Assembly: GCA_964016885.1 (NCBI GenBank)
Contig: OZ024747.1
Location: forward strand, 1,240,001-1,304,000
Source: Eledone cirrhosa
Taxonomy: Eukaryota
Reading direction: 5' to 3'
DNA: 64,000 nucleotides
Below the pieces are notes generated by a model. The model was given only the letters and a program-made list of their open reading frames with translations. It did not search any database and was not told the DNA's origin. Below, piece after piece: positions 41,292 through 53,885 of the stretch (within the stretch, counting starts at the first letter, position 1; each line of letters starts with the position of its first letter). Position numbers and translations under genes: made by a program.

Positions 41292-41710
41292 TTATTTACA
41301 TGTAAATAAACAAATAAATAAACAAATATAAACACACACAGACACCCGGATGTAACACATGCACAAACTAAGCACACAACACACACAAAAACAAGATGGC
41401 GTAGGACAGAACAAAGGAGAGGCACAAAAACAAAAAACAAAGAAAAGAATCCCCAGTCACTGAAGAGGTCACAGAATGTGTGACGAAAGAACTTTGACAA
41501 TATATGAACAATCGTCTGGTTGTGGAACCAACCAACCAACTGGAAATTTATAAATTTTTAAACTTATAAATTTAATTTATAATAAATTGAAGTGAAAGCA
41601 ACTGGTGCGTGTGTTTCTTATTGGCAACATGACTCTCCCAAAGCATAACAATATCGGTTTCAACACACGTTTTCACATAAAGAATCTTGCTAAACAAATT
41701 CAGAAACGAA
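41292..41710 (+). mobile_element. PLE-like terminus, diverged relative of the 4562-6018 family
   Basis: Hammerhead at 41456 followed by ORF start at 41629 MTLPKHNNIGFNTRFHIKNLAKQIQKR, ending in (TA)n. Confidence 0.65.
41456..41498 (+). ncRNA. Minimal type I hammerhead ribozyme
   Basis: GTCA-CTGAAGA-G-GTCACA gaatg TGTGAC-GAAA-GAAC-TT-TGAC; extra nucleotide after the core. Confidence 0.72.
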
Positions 41711-41734
41711 ATATATATATATATATATATATAA

Positions 41735-41925
41735 CCAATTGAGAGTACATGTCTTCCCACTGGACAGGATGCCAGTCCATCAGAGGGTTAAACCCCAGCT
41801 ACTTCCAGTACTCATTTTCAGCTGAGTATACTGGAGCAGCATGAAATGAAGTGTTTTGCTCAAGAAGACAACACAACTTGTTCGAGGAGTTGAACCAATG
41901 ATGTTCTGATCCTAAGTCCACTAAT
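41735..41925 (-). mobile_element. SINE (second family)
   Basis: CCAGTCCATC..ACTCATTTTCAGCTGAGT..GTTTTGCTCAAG motif string; related to 43650-43765. Confidence 0.55.
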
Positions 41926-41957
41926 CATTAATATGATGATAAAAATATTATAGTCAC

Positions 41958-42034
41958 CTCCTTTCTTGCAATTAGATCCACCTTCAAATCCCTCAAAGCA
42001 TTAACACCAGACAAACTGCCCTCCACTCTAGCCA
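41958..42034 (-). CDS. EXOC4: EXOC4 coding exon 7
   Basis: cag|..|gtgac; VARVEGSLSGVNALRDLKVDLIARKE; phase 1/0. Confidence 0.9.
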
Positions 42035-42072
42035 CTGAAATAGAAATAAAGGATATGATAGATCTGAATGTG

Positions 42073-43097
42073 TAGGGAACCAGACAAACTGACTCCTACT
42101 ATACCTTTATGTTAAGGAACCAGACAAACTGACCCCTACTATACCTTTATGTTAGGGAACCAGACAAACTGACCCCTACTATACCTTCATGTTAGGGAAC
42201 CAGACTAACTGACCCCTACTATACCTTCATGTTAGCGAATCAGAAAAACTGACCCCTACTATATCTTTATGTTAGCAAACCAGACAAACTGACCCCTACT
42301 ATACCTTCATGTTAGCGAACCAGACAAACTGACCCCTACTATACCTTCATGTTAGTGAACCAGACAAACTGACCCCTACTATACCTTCATGTTAGCGAAC
42401 CAGACAAACTGACCCCTACTGTACCTTTATGTTAGCGAACCAGACAAACTGACCCCTACTGTACCTTCATGTTAGTGAGCCAGACAAACTGACCCCTACT
42501 ATACCTTCATGTTAGCGAACCAGACAAACTGACCCCTACTGTAACTTTATGTTAGCGAACCAGACAAACTGACCCCTACTGTACCTTCATGTAAGGTAAC
42601 CAGACAAACTGACCCCTACTATACCTTCATGTTAACGAACCAGACAAACTGACCCCTACTATACCTTTGTTAGCGAATCAGACAAACTGACCCCTACTAT
42701 ACCTTCATGTTAGGGAACCAGACAAACTGACCCCTACTATACCTTCATGTTAGTGAACCAGACAAACTGACTCTACTATACCTTCATGTTAGCAAACCAG
42801 ACAAACTGACCCCTACTATACCTTCATGTTAGGGAACCAGACAAACTGACTCCTACTATACCTTCACGTTAGGGAACCAGACAAACTGACCCCTACTGTA
42901 CCTTCATGTTAGGGAACCAGACAAACTGACCCCTACTGTACCTTCATGTTAGCAAACCAGACAAACTGACCCCTACTATACCTTCATGTTAGGGAACCAG
43001 ACAAACTGACCCCTACTATACCTTCATGTTAGCGAACCAGACAAACTGACCCCTACTATACCTTTATGTTAGGGAACCAGACAAACTGACCCCTACT
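42073..43097. repeat. 40-bp minisatellite, ~25 copies
   Basis: Unit GTTAGGGAACCAGACAAACTGACCCCTACTATACCTTCAT. Confidence 0.95.
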
Positions 43098-43367
43098 CTA
43101 TGTCCTTTATTCCTTTATGTTCTAAGTTAAAATCCAACTGGATTAATATTTTGGGGTTCAATAAATACAAGAGCTGGAATTTCATTGATCACACAAAACA
43201 TCTGTAGATATCTGGCCATGCTAGAAAACAATAATTATTCCTTATTAGGGTGTTAAGTGAGATGTGTTGGTACCATGGTAATCACGACACAGGCAGATGT
43301 GTTGGTACCATGGTAACCATGATACAGACAGATGTGTTGGTACTATGGTAACCATTGGATGACTTAC

Positions 43368-43456
43368 CAGCAGACACGACCAATTCCGTAGCATGAAGAT
43401 AATGTTTGTTGGCCATGTAACCTTCCAGTTTTTCAGGAACATCTTTGATTTGTTCA
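43368..43456 (-). CDS. EXOC4: EXOC4 coding exon 6
   Basis: cag|..|gtaag; EQIKDVPEKLEGYMANKHYLHATELVVSA; phase 2/1. Confidence 0.95.
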
Positions 43457-44508
43457 CTGGTTGATAGAAGTGAAATGAAAAGAAGACATTTTAGTCCAAC
43501 CAACATTGTTGAAATAATTATCACAGCTAATGTTTCAAAGACTCTGTGTATGTGTGTGTATGTATAGTGTGTTTGTAGTGTATGTGTATGTATGTAGTGT
43601 GTATATATGTAATGTATGTATGTGTATGTAGTGTGTGTGGTATGGAACAATGCAAAATAAAGCATCTTGCTCAAGGCTACAATACACTGCCCAGTCTGGG
43701 AATTGAACTCACAACCTTATAAGCACAAGCTGAACAACCTAACCACCAAGGCATGAGCCTTCACTAGATATGTTAAAAAAAACTTGGAATATAAAATTGT
43801 TTAATGAATATTTTTTTATCAATAACAGCCTGGATAATGAAAGGAAAATATGTACTACAATGTGATTAAAAACTACCCAAACATTCCCTGGTAGCATCAA
43901 TGCTCCTTGTTACTACTGGACAGAGTGATACTGTCAAAAGTTTACTGAAATTATTGAGATCTCCAGTTGACAGCTGATGAATAAATTGTCCTACACTTCT
44001 AGCTGTATATTGTGTGTATATATACACGGAGATGACGAAGGACCGTGACAAGTGGAGAGATGCTGTGCTGAATAGGACCCATCCCACCCTTGCAAGCAGG
44101 GAAAAGCGGACGTATGATGATGATATTGGGATTAAACAACTATTAAACTAGTAAGGCCATTATTCAACAGAGTACTCGATACTTGGGATAGTAGAATGTG
44201 GCTATATTAGAAAAAATTCCACCCAGTCTACCCAGTAGGGTGGTTGGTATTAAGGACATTCAACCATAGAAAACCAAGTCAAAACCAGAGCATATAAGAT
44301 GCAGTCACCTGGTCTGTCTGTCCTCATAATGTGAGCTTGAAAAATAGTCATTAAATGCTGATGATGGTGTGTGTGTGAGATAATACTTTGTCTTAATTGA
44401 AGACTTGATCCAATTGGAGTGTATTTGTCAGCAATCTGCAAAATCACGGGCTAACCTACGGTTAAACATCAACCTGATGGGGCAAGAGAGGTGATACAGA
44501 AATCTTAC

Positions 44509-44647
44509 ATTTGATCCAAAATGGAGACAATAGTCTTGTGTTCAACGCCTTCAATCCATAAACGGCGTAACTCATCCCTCTTACAGTGCAGAAGAGTCTT
44601 GCAGGAACTGAGGTCTTCTTTGATCTTTCGGATCTTGTCTCGAGATT
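44509..44647 (-). CDS. EXOC4: EXOC4 coding exon 5
   Basis: cag|..|gtaag; [37 protein letters not shown] is the Sec8 N-terminal signature; phase 1/2. Confidence 0.97.
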
Positions 44648-44848
44648 CTGAGTAAAGAAAATACAGTAAGAGAGAGTGTGTATAGAGAGAGAAGGGGGAG
44701 GTTATAGAGAGTATTGAGTGTGAGAGAAGTGAGTGTGTGTTTAAAGGACGATAGAAAGTAGAGTTAGAGGAGGAGGATAGGGAGAGAGATGGATAAAGTG
44801 AGAGTGGATGATAGAAATGAGTTACCTTCTTTGTCATTAGAGAAGCTA

Positions 44849-45314
44849 AAGAGTAGTCAGTTCTACTCTCTAGCAACACAGATATAGAGTAGTCAGTTCT
44901 ACTCTCTAGCAACACAGATATAGAGTAGTCAGTCCTACTCTATAGCAACACAGATATAGAGTAGTCAGTTCTATTCTATAGCAACACAGATATAGAGTAG
45001 TCAGTCCTACTCTAGAGCAACACAAATATAGAGTAGTCAGTCCTACTCTAGAGCAACACAGATATAGAGTAGTCAGTCCTACTCTATAGCAACACATATA
45101 GAATAGTCAGTCCTACTCTATAGCAACACAAATATAGAGTAGTCAGTCCTACTCTATAGCAACACAGATATAGAATAGTCAGTCCTACTCTAGAGCAACA
45201 CAGATATATAGTAGTCAGTCCTACTCTATAGCAACACAGATATAGAATAGTCAGTCCTACTCTATAGCAACACAAATATAGAGTAGTCAGTCCTACTCTA
45301 TAGCAACACAAATA
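44849..45314. repeat. 36-bp minisatellite, ~13 copies, with internal hairpin
   Basis: Unit AGAGTAGTCAGTCCTACTCTATAGCAACACAGATAT; TATAGAGTAG/CTACTCTATA stem. Confidence 0.93.
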
Positions 45315-45494
45315 CTTCTTTTGTCAAAGATTCTACTGAGACAAAAATATGAGGCCAAAAATCTATAGCTGAGAACAATGAGATTTTGTGATGTTCATGG
45401 CCCTTCTTTTTGGCAGCATTTCTAGTATTTATCATAGATGAGAAAAATCTAGAGTTGAAACAAGTTCTCTGGAGTCAGAGAACTGACAACAATC

Positions 45495-46804
45495 ACTGAC
45501 CATTAGATATAGGCCAGAGAATATGACATAACATTGTCCACTCACCACAACTGACCATTAGATATAGGCCAGAGAATATGATATAACATTGTCCACTCAC
45601 CACAACTGACCATTAGATATAGGCCAGAGAATATGACATAACATTGTCCACTCACCACAACTGACCATTAGATATAGGCCAGAGAATATGATATAACATT
45701 GTCCACTCACCACAACTGACCATTAGATATAGGCTGGAGAATATGACATAACATTGACCACTCACCACAACTGACCATTAGATATAGGCCAGAGAATGAT
45801 ATAACATTGTCCACTCACCACAACTGACCATTAGATATAGGCCAGAGAATATGATATAACATTGTCCACTCACCACAACTGACCATTAGATATAGGCCAG
45901 AGAATATGATATAACATTGTCCACTCACCACAACTGACCATTAGATATAGGCTGGAGAATATGACATAACATTGACCACTCACCACAACTGACCATTAGA
46001 TATAGGCCAGAGAATGATATAACATTGTCCACTCACCACAACTGACCATTAGATATAGGCCAGAGAATATGATATAACATTGTCCACTCACCACAACTGA
46101 CCATTAGATATAGGCCAGAGAATATGATATAACATTGTCCACTCACCACAACTGACCATTAGATATAGGCCAGAGAATATGATATAACATTGTCCACTCA
46201 CCACAACTGACCATTAGATATAGGCCAGAGAATATGATATAACATTGTCCACTCACCACAACTGACCATTAGATATAGGCTGGAGAATATGACATAACAT
46301 TGACCACTCACCACAACTGACCATTAGATATAGGCCAGAGAATGATATAACATTGTCCACTCACCACAACTGACCATTAGATATAGGCCAGAGAATATGA
46401 TATAACATTGTCCACTCACCACAACTGACCATTAGATATAGGCCGGAGAATATGACATAACATTGTCCACTCACCACAACTGACCATTAGATATAGGCCC
46501 GAGAATATGATATAACATTGTCCACTCACCACAACTGACCATTAGATATAGGCCAGAGAATATGATATAACATTGTCCACTCACCACAACTGACCATTAG
46601 ATATAGGCTGGAGAATATGACATAACATTGACCACTCACCACAACTGACCATTAGATATAGGCCAGAGAATGATATAACATTGTCCACTCACCACAACTG
46701 ACCATTAGATATAGGCCAGAGAATATGATATAACATTGTCCACTCACCACAACTGACCATTAGATATAGGCCAGAGAATATGATATAACATTGTCCACTC
46801 ACCA
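45495..46804. repeat. 55-bp minisatellite, ~24 copies, includes the exon 4 donor
   Basis: Unit CTGACCATTAGATATAGGCCAGAGAATATGATATAACATTGTCCACTCACCACAA. Confidence 0.96.
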
Positions 46805-46865
46805 TTGACATTCTTGTTGACAATACTAAATGTCTGTAAGATCTTATTCAGTTCGGAATAGTTGT
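46803..46865 (-). CDS. EXOC4: EXOC4 coding exon 4
   Basis: cag|..|gtgag; DNYSELNKILQTFSIVNKNVN; phase 1/1. Confidence 0.88.
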
Positions 46866-47071
46866 CTGAAAGTGAAACAAAATACATATTTATTATTATT
46901 AGTAGTAGTAGTAGTAGTAGTAATATTCAAAATAAATCAAGGGTGTTAGAACTGACAGAGCTGGTAGGGTATCAAATACCATTATAGTATTTGTTCTGAC
47001 TCTTTAAACTCTGAATTGAAATCTTGGTGAAGTCAACTTTGCCTTTCATCCTTTCAATGTTGATAAAATAT

Positions 47072-47790
47072 AGTTGACTTAGTAACTTGGTTGATAAAAT
47101 ATAGTACCAGTCAAGAATTAGGGTTGACTTAGTAACTTGGTTGATAAAATATAGTACTAGTCAAGAATTAGGGTTGACTTAGTAACTTGGTTGATAAAAT
47201 ATAGTACCAGTCAAGAATTAGGGTTGACTTAGTAACTTGGTTGATAAAATATAGTACTAGTCAAGAATTAGGGTTGACTTAGTAACTTGGTTGATAAAAT
47301 ATAGTACCAGTCAAGAATTAGGGTTGACTTAGTAACTTGGTTGATAAAATATAGTACTAGTCAAGAACTAGGGTTGACTTAGTAACTTGGTTGATAAAAT
47401 ATAGTACTAGTCAAGAATTAGGGTTGACTTAGTAACTTGGTTGATAAAATATAGTACTAGTCAAGAATTAGGGTTGACTTAGTAAATTGGTTCATAAAAT
47501 ATAGTACTAGTCAAGAACTAGGGTTGACTTAGTAACTTGGTTGATAAAATATAGTACTAGTCAAGAACTAGGGTTGACTTAGTAACTTGGTTGATAAAAT
47601 ATAGTACTAGTCAAGAATTAGGGTTGACTTAGTAACTTGGTTGATAAAATATAGTACTAGTCAAGAATTAGGGTTGACTTAGTAAATTGGTTCATAAAAT
47701 ATAGTACTAGTCAAGAACTAGGGTTGACTTAGTAACTTGGTTGATAAAATATAGTACTAGTCAAGAACTAGGGTTGACTTAGTAACTTGG
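47072..47790. repeat. 50-bp minisatellite (~14 copies) expanded inside a tRNA-SINE (SINE head ~46945-47070)
   Basis: Unit GTTGACTTAGTAACTTGGTTGATAAAATATAGTACTAGTCAAGAATTAGG, preceded by ACTTTGCCTTTCATCC. Confidence 0.9.
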
Positions 47791-48355
47791 CTCTTTGTCC
47801 AAAATTGCTTGTTTTGTGTCTGAATTTGAAATCAGTATTCAAAATAGATCATTATTATTCTTAAAAAGAGAATATCATTCATTATTGAAGCTGTCAGTTT
47901 TAAAGCACTGATTGGATGTGTGAGGGGAAACACATAGAGAAAGGCAGGCAGTTTTTTTCCCTCTACATAGGACAAAATTCCAAGTATTAAATACTGGGTG
48001 TTTCTTCTACAGTCATGTACTTATCTATGTTAGAAATTATTATTATAGCTGTTGTTTAAAATAATAGACATGTACTGAAAAATCAAAGAAGAGAGTAGTA
48101 AACAAGATAGAGAGAAGGATGAGGTTTATGTGACTTTCTGAGGGGTTAGAGAATGGAGAAGGACAGAACTACAATGTGAGGAGAGAGGCAGAATGCCTAT
48201 TAAGAAAAAAGATGGTAACATGGTATGGTAAGAGAAAGTTGAGAAGGTAGCAAGAAAAGGGGTGGTGTGGCCCAGCCAACTTCTTCAGTTGCCAGCAATA
48301 GGGGTTAAATAAACCAGAAAATCTATAGAAAAAAGATGTAAAGTAATATACATAC

Positions 48356-48444
48356 CAGAGACCAACTCAGAAAGAGTCTTGTCACTTTCCTGGAATGCCT
48401 TTTCAATACGGGTCTTTTCATTTTCCCTTTTGTCGAAATCAGAA
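48356..48444 (-). CDS. EXOC4: EXOC4 coding exon 3
   Basis: cag|..|gtatg; SDFDKRENEKTRIEKAFQESDKTLSELVS; phase 2/1. Confidence 0.93.
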
Positions 48445-48485
48445 CTGAAATGGATGAAATAACTGGTTTGTTATATCTAGTTATA

Positions 48486-48697
48486 GTGGTGGTGTTGGTG
48501 GTGGTGGTGTTAGTGGTGGTGGTGGTGGTGGTGGTGTTAGTGGTGGTGGTGGTGTTAGTGGTGGTGGTGGTGGTGTTGGTGGTGGTGGTGGTGTTAGTGG
48601 TGGTGTTAATGGTGGTGTTGGTGGTGGTGTTAGTGGTGGTGGTGTTAATGGTGGTGGTGGTGTTAGTGGTGGTGGTGTTAGTGGTGGTGGTGGTGTT
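48486..48697. repeat. (GGT)n microsatellite
   Basis: Direct inspection. Confidence 0.93.
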
Positions 48698-48919
48698 ACC
48701 TAGTTTTTGTGGTTTAAGTTAGCCAATGTTGAGTCAGAGTTTATAGCCTACCACACTGTACACCACTTTTTCTTAATGTATGTACATATGTGTGTGTGTG
48801 TGTGTATATAAATATGTGTGTGTATATGTATATATATTTATAAGTTAACAAGATATCGTTTAAGGTAATCCAAGTAGAGGTTATGAATACTCTGTATTGA
48901 GGATAGTTTTAACGTTTGG

Positions 48920-49365
48920 CGTTGTTTGACTCAACAACTCTCACAACCTTGGCCCAGGTCTTTCTTCATCTCCTACTGTAATTTCCTTTCACTGAGATCT
49001 CTTGGCACTTCTTCATCCAATAAACATCATCCATATGCATCACATATCCATACCAGTGCAGTCTTTTCTCATGCATGCTACATCTGATTCTTCTCCTTTA
49101 CATATCCTCCATATCCATTGTCTCACAACCATGCAACATTGCACCTCTCACACTGGCATCATATAGCCAGCCTTTCATTCATAGAGAGAAACCTTTTGTT
49201 GTCAACAGAAGTAGTTGCTCCCTCAACTTTTTCCACCCTGTTTTTATCCTAGCCCTGCTCTCAGTGAAACCTCCTCCCTCGTTAATTAGATTACCTAGGT
49301 AGCAGAAGCTATCAACTACTTCTATGGAACCTTCTTGTGATTGGAAAAAGTTTATTTTACTCATT
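48920..49365 (-). mobile_element. Old RTE LINE fragment
   Basis: VVDSFCYLG..TGWKKLREQL..KGFSL. Confidence 0.8.
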
Positions 49366-49410
49366 CTCTTACAACCAACTATTCATGAGTCAATATATAA
49401 AACATCTTAC

Positions 49411-49451
49411 CTTGAAGACAAAGTCCTCACTATGGTCATCAAAAAATTTGA
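49411..49451 (-). CDS. EXOC4: EXOC4 coding exon 2 (41 nt)
   Basis: ttttcag|..|gtaag; SNFLMTIVRTLSS vs Sec8 SGLLISVIRTLST; phase 0/2 bridges exons 1 and 3. Confidence 0.9.
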
Positions 49452-50879
49452 CTGAAAAAAAAAAAAAGGAAAAGAATAAGATATTATACATCAACTTCAC
49501 CACTACCACCAACACTAACAACACCACCACCATCACCACCACTACCATCATTACCACCACCACCCCTACCATCACTACCCCTACCATAACCACCACCACC
49601 ATCCCCATCATTACCATCATCACCACCACCACTATCACTATCACCACCATCAACAACTTAAGTGACTTAAGTCTGGCTGTTATTTCTAGCAGATCAAGCA
49701 ATCACAGTCATTCATGGTGAAAGCCCTGTCAAGCCACTTGCCTTAACATTACATCAGGTATAATCCCTAGGTGTCAAGAGAAGAGATAATAGCTCCCTAT
49801 TATTTTCCACCCAATTCTTACACTGGCTACAATGCTATCAGAATATCAGTCACCCCAGCAGTCAAACCCGTAACAGTGGAGACATCTGGTGTCCTTGGCC
49901 CTAAGGACAACCTCCCTAGTCACCACCATCGGCATGGAGTTGGCTATCCGCAGGTGTGAGCCTGGCGAGCTGGAATGGCTCTTCCAATCCGCCTCACTCA
50001 CCATTCTCTGGGGATGCAACTCTATTCTGTCCGCTGGGGACACAGGGCGGCCAGCGTATGGGCTCCCGTTTGCTTATAATAGTGAGAGATGGGGAGAGCA
50101 AGAGAAACGGAGGCAGAGAAAGAGAGAGAACAACACATACATTCTATCACCACCACTATTAGGTTACCTAGGTAACAGATACTCCACTACTTCTACAGAA
50201 ACTTCCAAGTATTGAAAGGAATTTATTTACTACTAACTACTCCTATATATCTGCTACAAGTAAAATCTACCTGTTATCCTACCTACAACAGACTTGCTCG
50301 GCATGTCCGGGACGTCAGTGGCCCCGCTTCAGTACTGACTTGGTCTATGTAGACTTGTCTAACCGTTGCTAGCAGGGAAAATTGGATGTGAAATGATATA
50401 TATATATTCACGCGCACACATACATTATATATATATATATATCCAATGCGCACATATACGTATATATATATAGAAAAAAAGCATACATTATATACTCGCG
50501 TATACATCAGAGATTATATACACATGTAAATATTTTAAAACATTAGCTACACTAACACCACCCAGTTGGGAATGTGTGTGTGTAAAGCTACGGGCCCTGC
50601 CCCCTTTTCCCCAGATAAACTCATAGATTATATAAAATACAAATCAGAAAAAAATAATAATCCAATATTGATTTCTTCCATAGATACAAAGGCCTCAAAT
50701 ATAGGGGTGGGGCATTAGACCGACCTTAGTACATAACTGGTACTTTCATTTTATCGACCCCTAAAAGGGTGCGGGGATAAAATGCAAAGTTCAATTAGCT
50801 GGGATACACAACTATATACAAGACATTTCACCCGCCTCTCTACAACATTCTACGGCAGTAATTAATATGAAGAACTTAC

Positions 50880-50939
50880 TGTGTCTCTACTTTTAGTGAC
50901 CGGTGGACCTCTTATGGTCTCCTCCATACCAGCTGACAT
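50880..50939 (-). CDS. EXOC4: EXOC4 first coding exon
   Basis: ATG at 50939; MSAGMEETIRGPPVTKSRDT|gtaagt. Confidence 0.8.
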
Positions 50940-51132
50940 GTCCGTCCTTCTCTGTATCAGTTGTCACTCTACCCAAGTCTCCTTCAGAGTCACTCACTTG
51001 CTATTTACGTCCTGAAATGTCCAGTTTTATATATATTAGATAGATAGATAGATATATAGATTTATTTATAAAATATGTTTCTGTTTGGTAATGTAGGAAT
51101 ATTTTAATGTATGTTGTTTTTAGCCTGTGTAC

Positions 51133-51285
51133 CTGTCTTTATTTCAAGACCACCCCCTATCCTATTATTTATATTATAGTGTAAATAATATTCACTTCAG
51201 AATAAAAGGCAACAACCAGCTGCCATGTTGATTTCACTTGTTTTGTCAATTCAGCCGACGTAGACGAGCGCCATCTAGAAATTAA
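51133..51285 (-). promoter_or_regulatory. Probable EXOC4 promoter / 5' UTR exon
   Basis: YY1-like CAACATGGC (~51223-51231), CTCF-like AGCGCCATCTAG (~51267-51278), donor CAG|gtacac at 51132, acceptor tttcag at 51012. Confidence 0.45.
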
Positions 51286-51413
51286 TTTAGTCAACCAGAG
51301 TTACCTCCTCTTCGCACCTCTCTTGTTAATGACAATCTAAAAAGTCACCACCCCCGACACTTAACGTTTATGAATTCTATATATGAAAGGATATAATAGA
51401 GAGAAATTACTTT

Positions 51414-52033
51414 ATTTTATTGACAATTGTATAAATATTACGTTATTTATAATTCTTACAGAATGAAAATAGACACTAATAATATATACAATACTTAAGA
51501 AATATATAAGATTAAAGAAAACGACCATCAATTCACCTCCAAGTGTGACAATCAGCCGCACATCACATCAAAAGTGTCAACAGAACATTTTCCGGCAACA
51601 TTACTACAGGTGATGGCGAGGCTAAGGCACTGAAACAACCAAGTACCCCCACGGGCATCAATTGATACCTCAGTAACATGGTGACATAATAGATATAATA
51701 GAAATAGTAATTTTTTATAAGTTCATGTAGTGTGACTTATTGGGTTGAACAACTGGCGATGCATTTCACAAAATTTTAACTCATTTTTCCAACTCTCTGA
51801 TTTTCATTTGTATTACACTTATTAATTATTCTCAAATTTAATTTTCACATTCAATAACTGAGGTAGTTAAACAGCAAAAGTATTTTTCTTTTAATTTCAT
51901 CTGCACAGTCACATAAAGATATTTACCACGACCAATACATTTCAATAATTCTTTCTGATTTAGGTACGATTCCCAACATATTTGGTGGAAAGGACCGAGT
52001 CGATTTAATCTACCCCAGTGGGTTCAAATACTT
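51414..52033 (+). repeat. Left arm of ~600-bp inverted duplication (partner 61987-62590)
   Basis: Reverse complement aligns along the whole length with scattered SNPs and a few indels. Confidence 0.92.
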
Positions 52034-53061
52034 TATTTCATCAACCTCGTACAAGGTGGAATTGTGAGTGAGTGAGGGGGAGAGAGTTTGTTGGTTTAGT
52101 GAGAGAGGGGGAATTGTGAGAAAGAGTGAGGCACGTAGTAAGATATAGAGAGGGGGAGAGAATTTGTTGGTTTAAAGAGAGAGGGGGAATTTTGAGAGAG
52201 AGTGTGGTATGTAGTTGGATATAGAGAGGGGCAGAGAGTTTGATGGTATAGTGAGATGTTAGTCAAGTGAAAGAGAGTGAGGCATGTAGTGGTATGTATA
52301 TGTGTGTGTGCGTGTTTATATATATATAGTGTGTGGCTTATATATATATGTGTGTGTTTATATATATATATATATATTATGTGAGTGTGTATGTATATAT
52401 ATTTTTATAGTTTAGTGTTAATTGTATAGAGGGGGGTATTGAAAGAGAGCGCCGTGTAGTAGATATAGAGAGGATGAGCGTTTAAGGGGGATTGATATAG
52501 AGAGGGGATTAGGAGAGATATGTGTAGATATTTATAGAGAGTGAGAGAGTGTATTAGTCTTAGATATAGAGAGTGGGATAAGAGAGGCGGTGTCGTGATA
52601 GATATAGAGAGGGGTAGAGTTTGATTTTAGTAGATACAGAGAGGGGGATTGAAAGAGAGTTTTGTGTAATAGACATAGAGAGGAGGAGAGTTTAGTGTCA
52701 CTCTCGGGGCCCAAATAATAGGAGGGGTTGGCAATAATGGGGTGGGGGCTTGGGAAATCAGTAATTGTATAGTGTACGTTTGTAAATATGGGATTTCTTG
52801 TAATGTTCTTCTTTTGTCATATATAAAGTATTTTTAATGTAAAATAAAATTATTAGATTCTCCAGCTACTGTATCAATATGAATCACTTACAATAAAATT
52901 TTGCCGGAGATAGATTAGCAATGTTTAATAAGCGGGTGGGACGTGGGGGTGGAAAAAATGTGACAAATTAATAAGTGGGGGGTAGGGACGATTATTCAAG
53001 ACCTGAGAGTACGTGAATTATTGACGGACGTAAGAATGAAAACTCAAAACCTAAGTAGAGT

Positions 53062-53207
53062 TTAAATATTCATTTATTATAACTAAGCCTTGTTACTCTG
53101 AAGTTTCACCTGCGTACTCACCAGACAAGACTGGTGATCCTGTGAGTGCACAGGTGAAACTTTAGAGCAACAAAGCTCATCAATAGCCATATAATAAATG
53201 AATGTAT
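53062..53207. repeat. Hairpin with degenerate hammerhead-like remnant
   Basis: TTGTTACTCTGAAGTTTCACCTGCGTACTCAC pairs with GTGAGTGCACAGGTGAAACTTTAGAGCAACAA; CTGGTGA..CCTGTG/CACAGG..GAAA. Confidence 0.55.
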
Positions 53208-53321
53208 ATATAGGAGATGAATAAATTGGGTATAATTCCAGTTTCTTACCAAATACGAAGCTCGATATCTTAACCCCTTAGGAAAGGGTACAGAGCTTAA
53301 TTTTTTTTAATTATATATATA

Positions 53322-53544
53322 CAGTGGCGGTGGAACTGGGGGTGGGGCATGTCCCCATCCAATAATATTTTCTCCCCAAACTACCAAAACACATCTATCA
53401 GGATATGTGCTTCAATTTATGTACATGTTATGTTTAACTCATATCGAGGTTTTCTCACCATTTTAGAGTGCAAAGAGCTAAACTAATCACTACGACTAAA
53501 TTATCCAGCTCCTCCCCTCCCCAGAAATGCTTTCCTCGCCCCTG
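53322..53544. mobile_element. MITE-like element
   Basis: CAGTGGCG / CGCCCCTG termini with TA on both sides. Confidence 0.45.
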
Positions 53545-53679
53545 TAGATGTGAAAGCCTATTAATGACAGAATTAACAAAATGGTTTAGTGTTGGCAAGT
53601 CTATTTCATACTTTGTCAATATGAAACTAAATCAATGCACCATCGTTGGAAATTAATTTTCATTTTCTGAGTAGCAATA

Positions 53680-53885
53680 ATGCGGTAGATTGGCAGCAGA
53701 ATCGGTAGAGCATCTGACGTGATTTGCGGCATATAGTTACGTCCCTTTACATTTTGTGTTCAGATCCCGTCCAAGTTAGCTTTGCTTTTCATCCTTATAG
53801 GGTCATAAAATAAAGTACCAGTAACACACTTGGGTTGATTTAATCGACTTTCACCTCTCCAAAATTTGTTGGCCTTTTGCCAACA
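53680..53885 (+). mobile_element. tRNA-derived SINE
   Basis: Colinear with 11843-12030. Confidence 0.78.
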
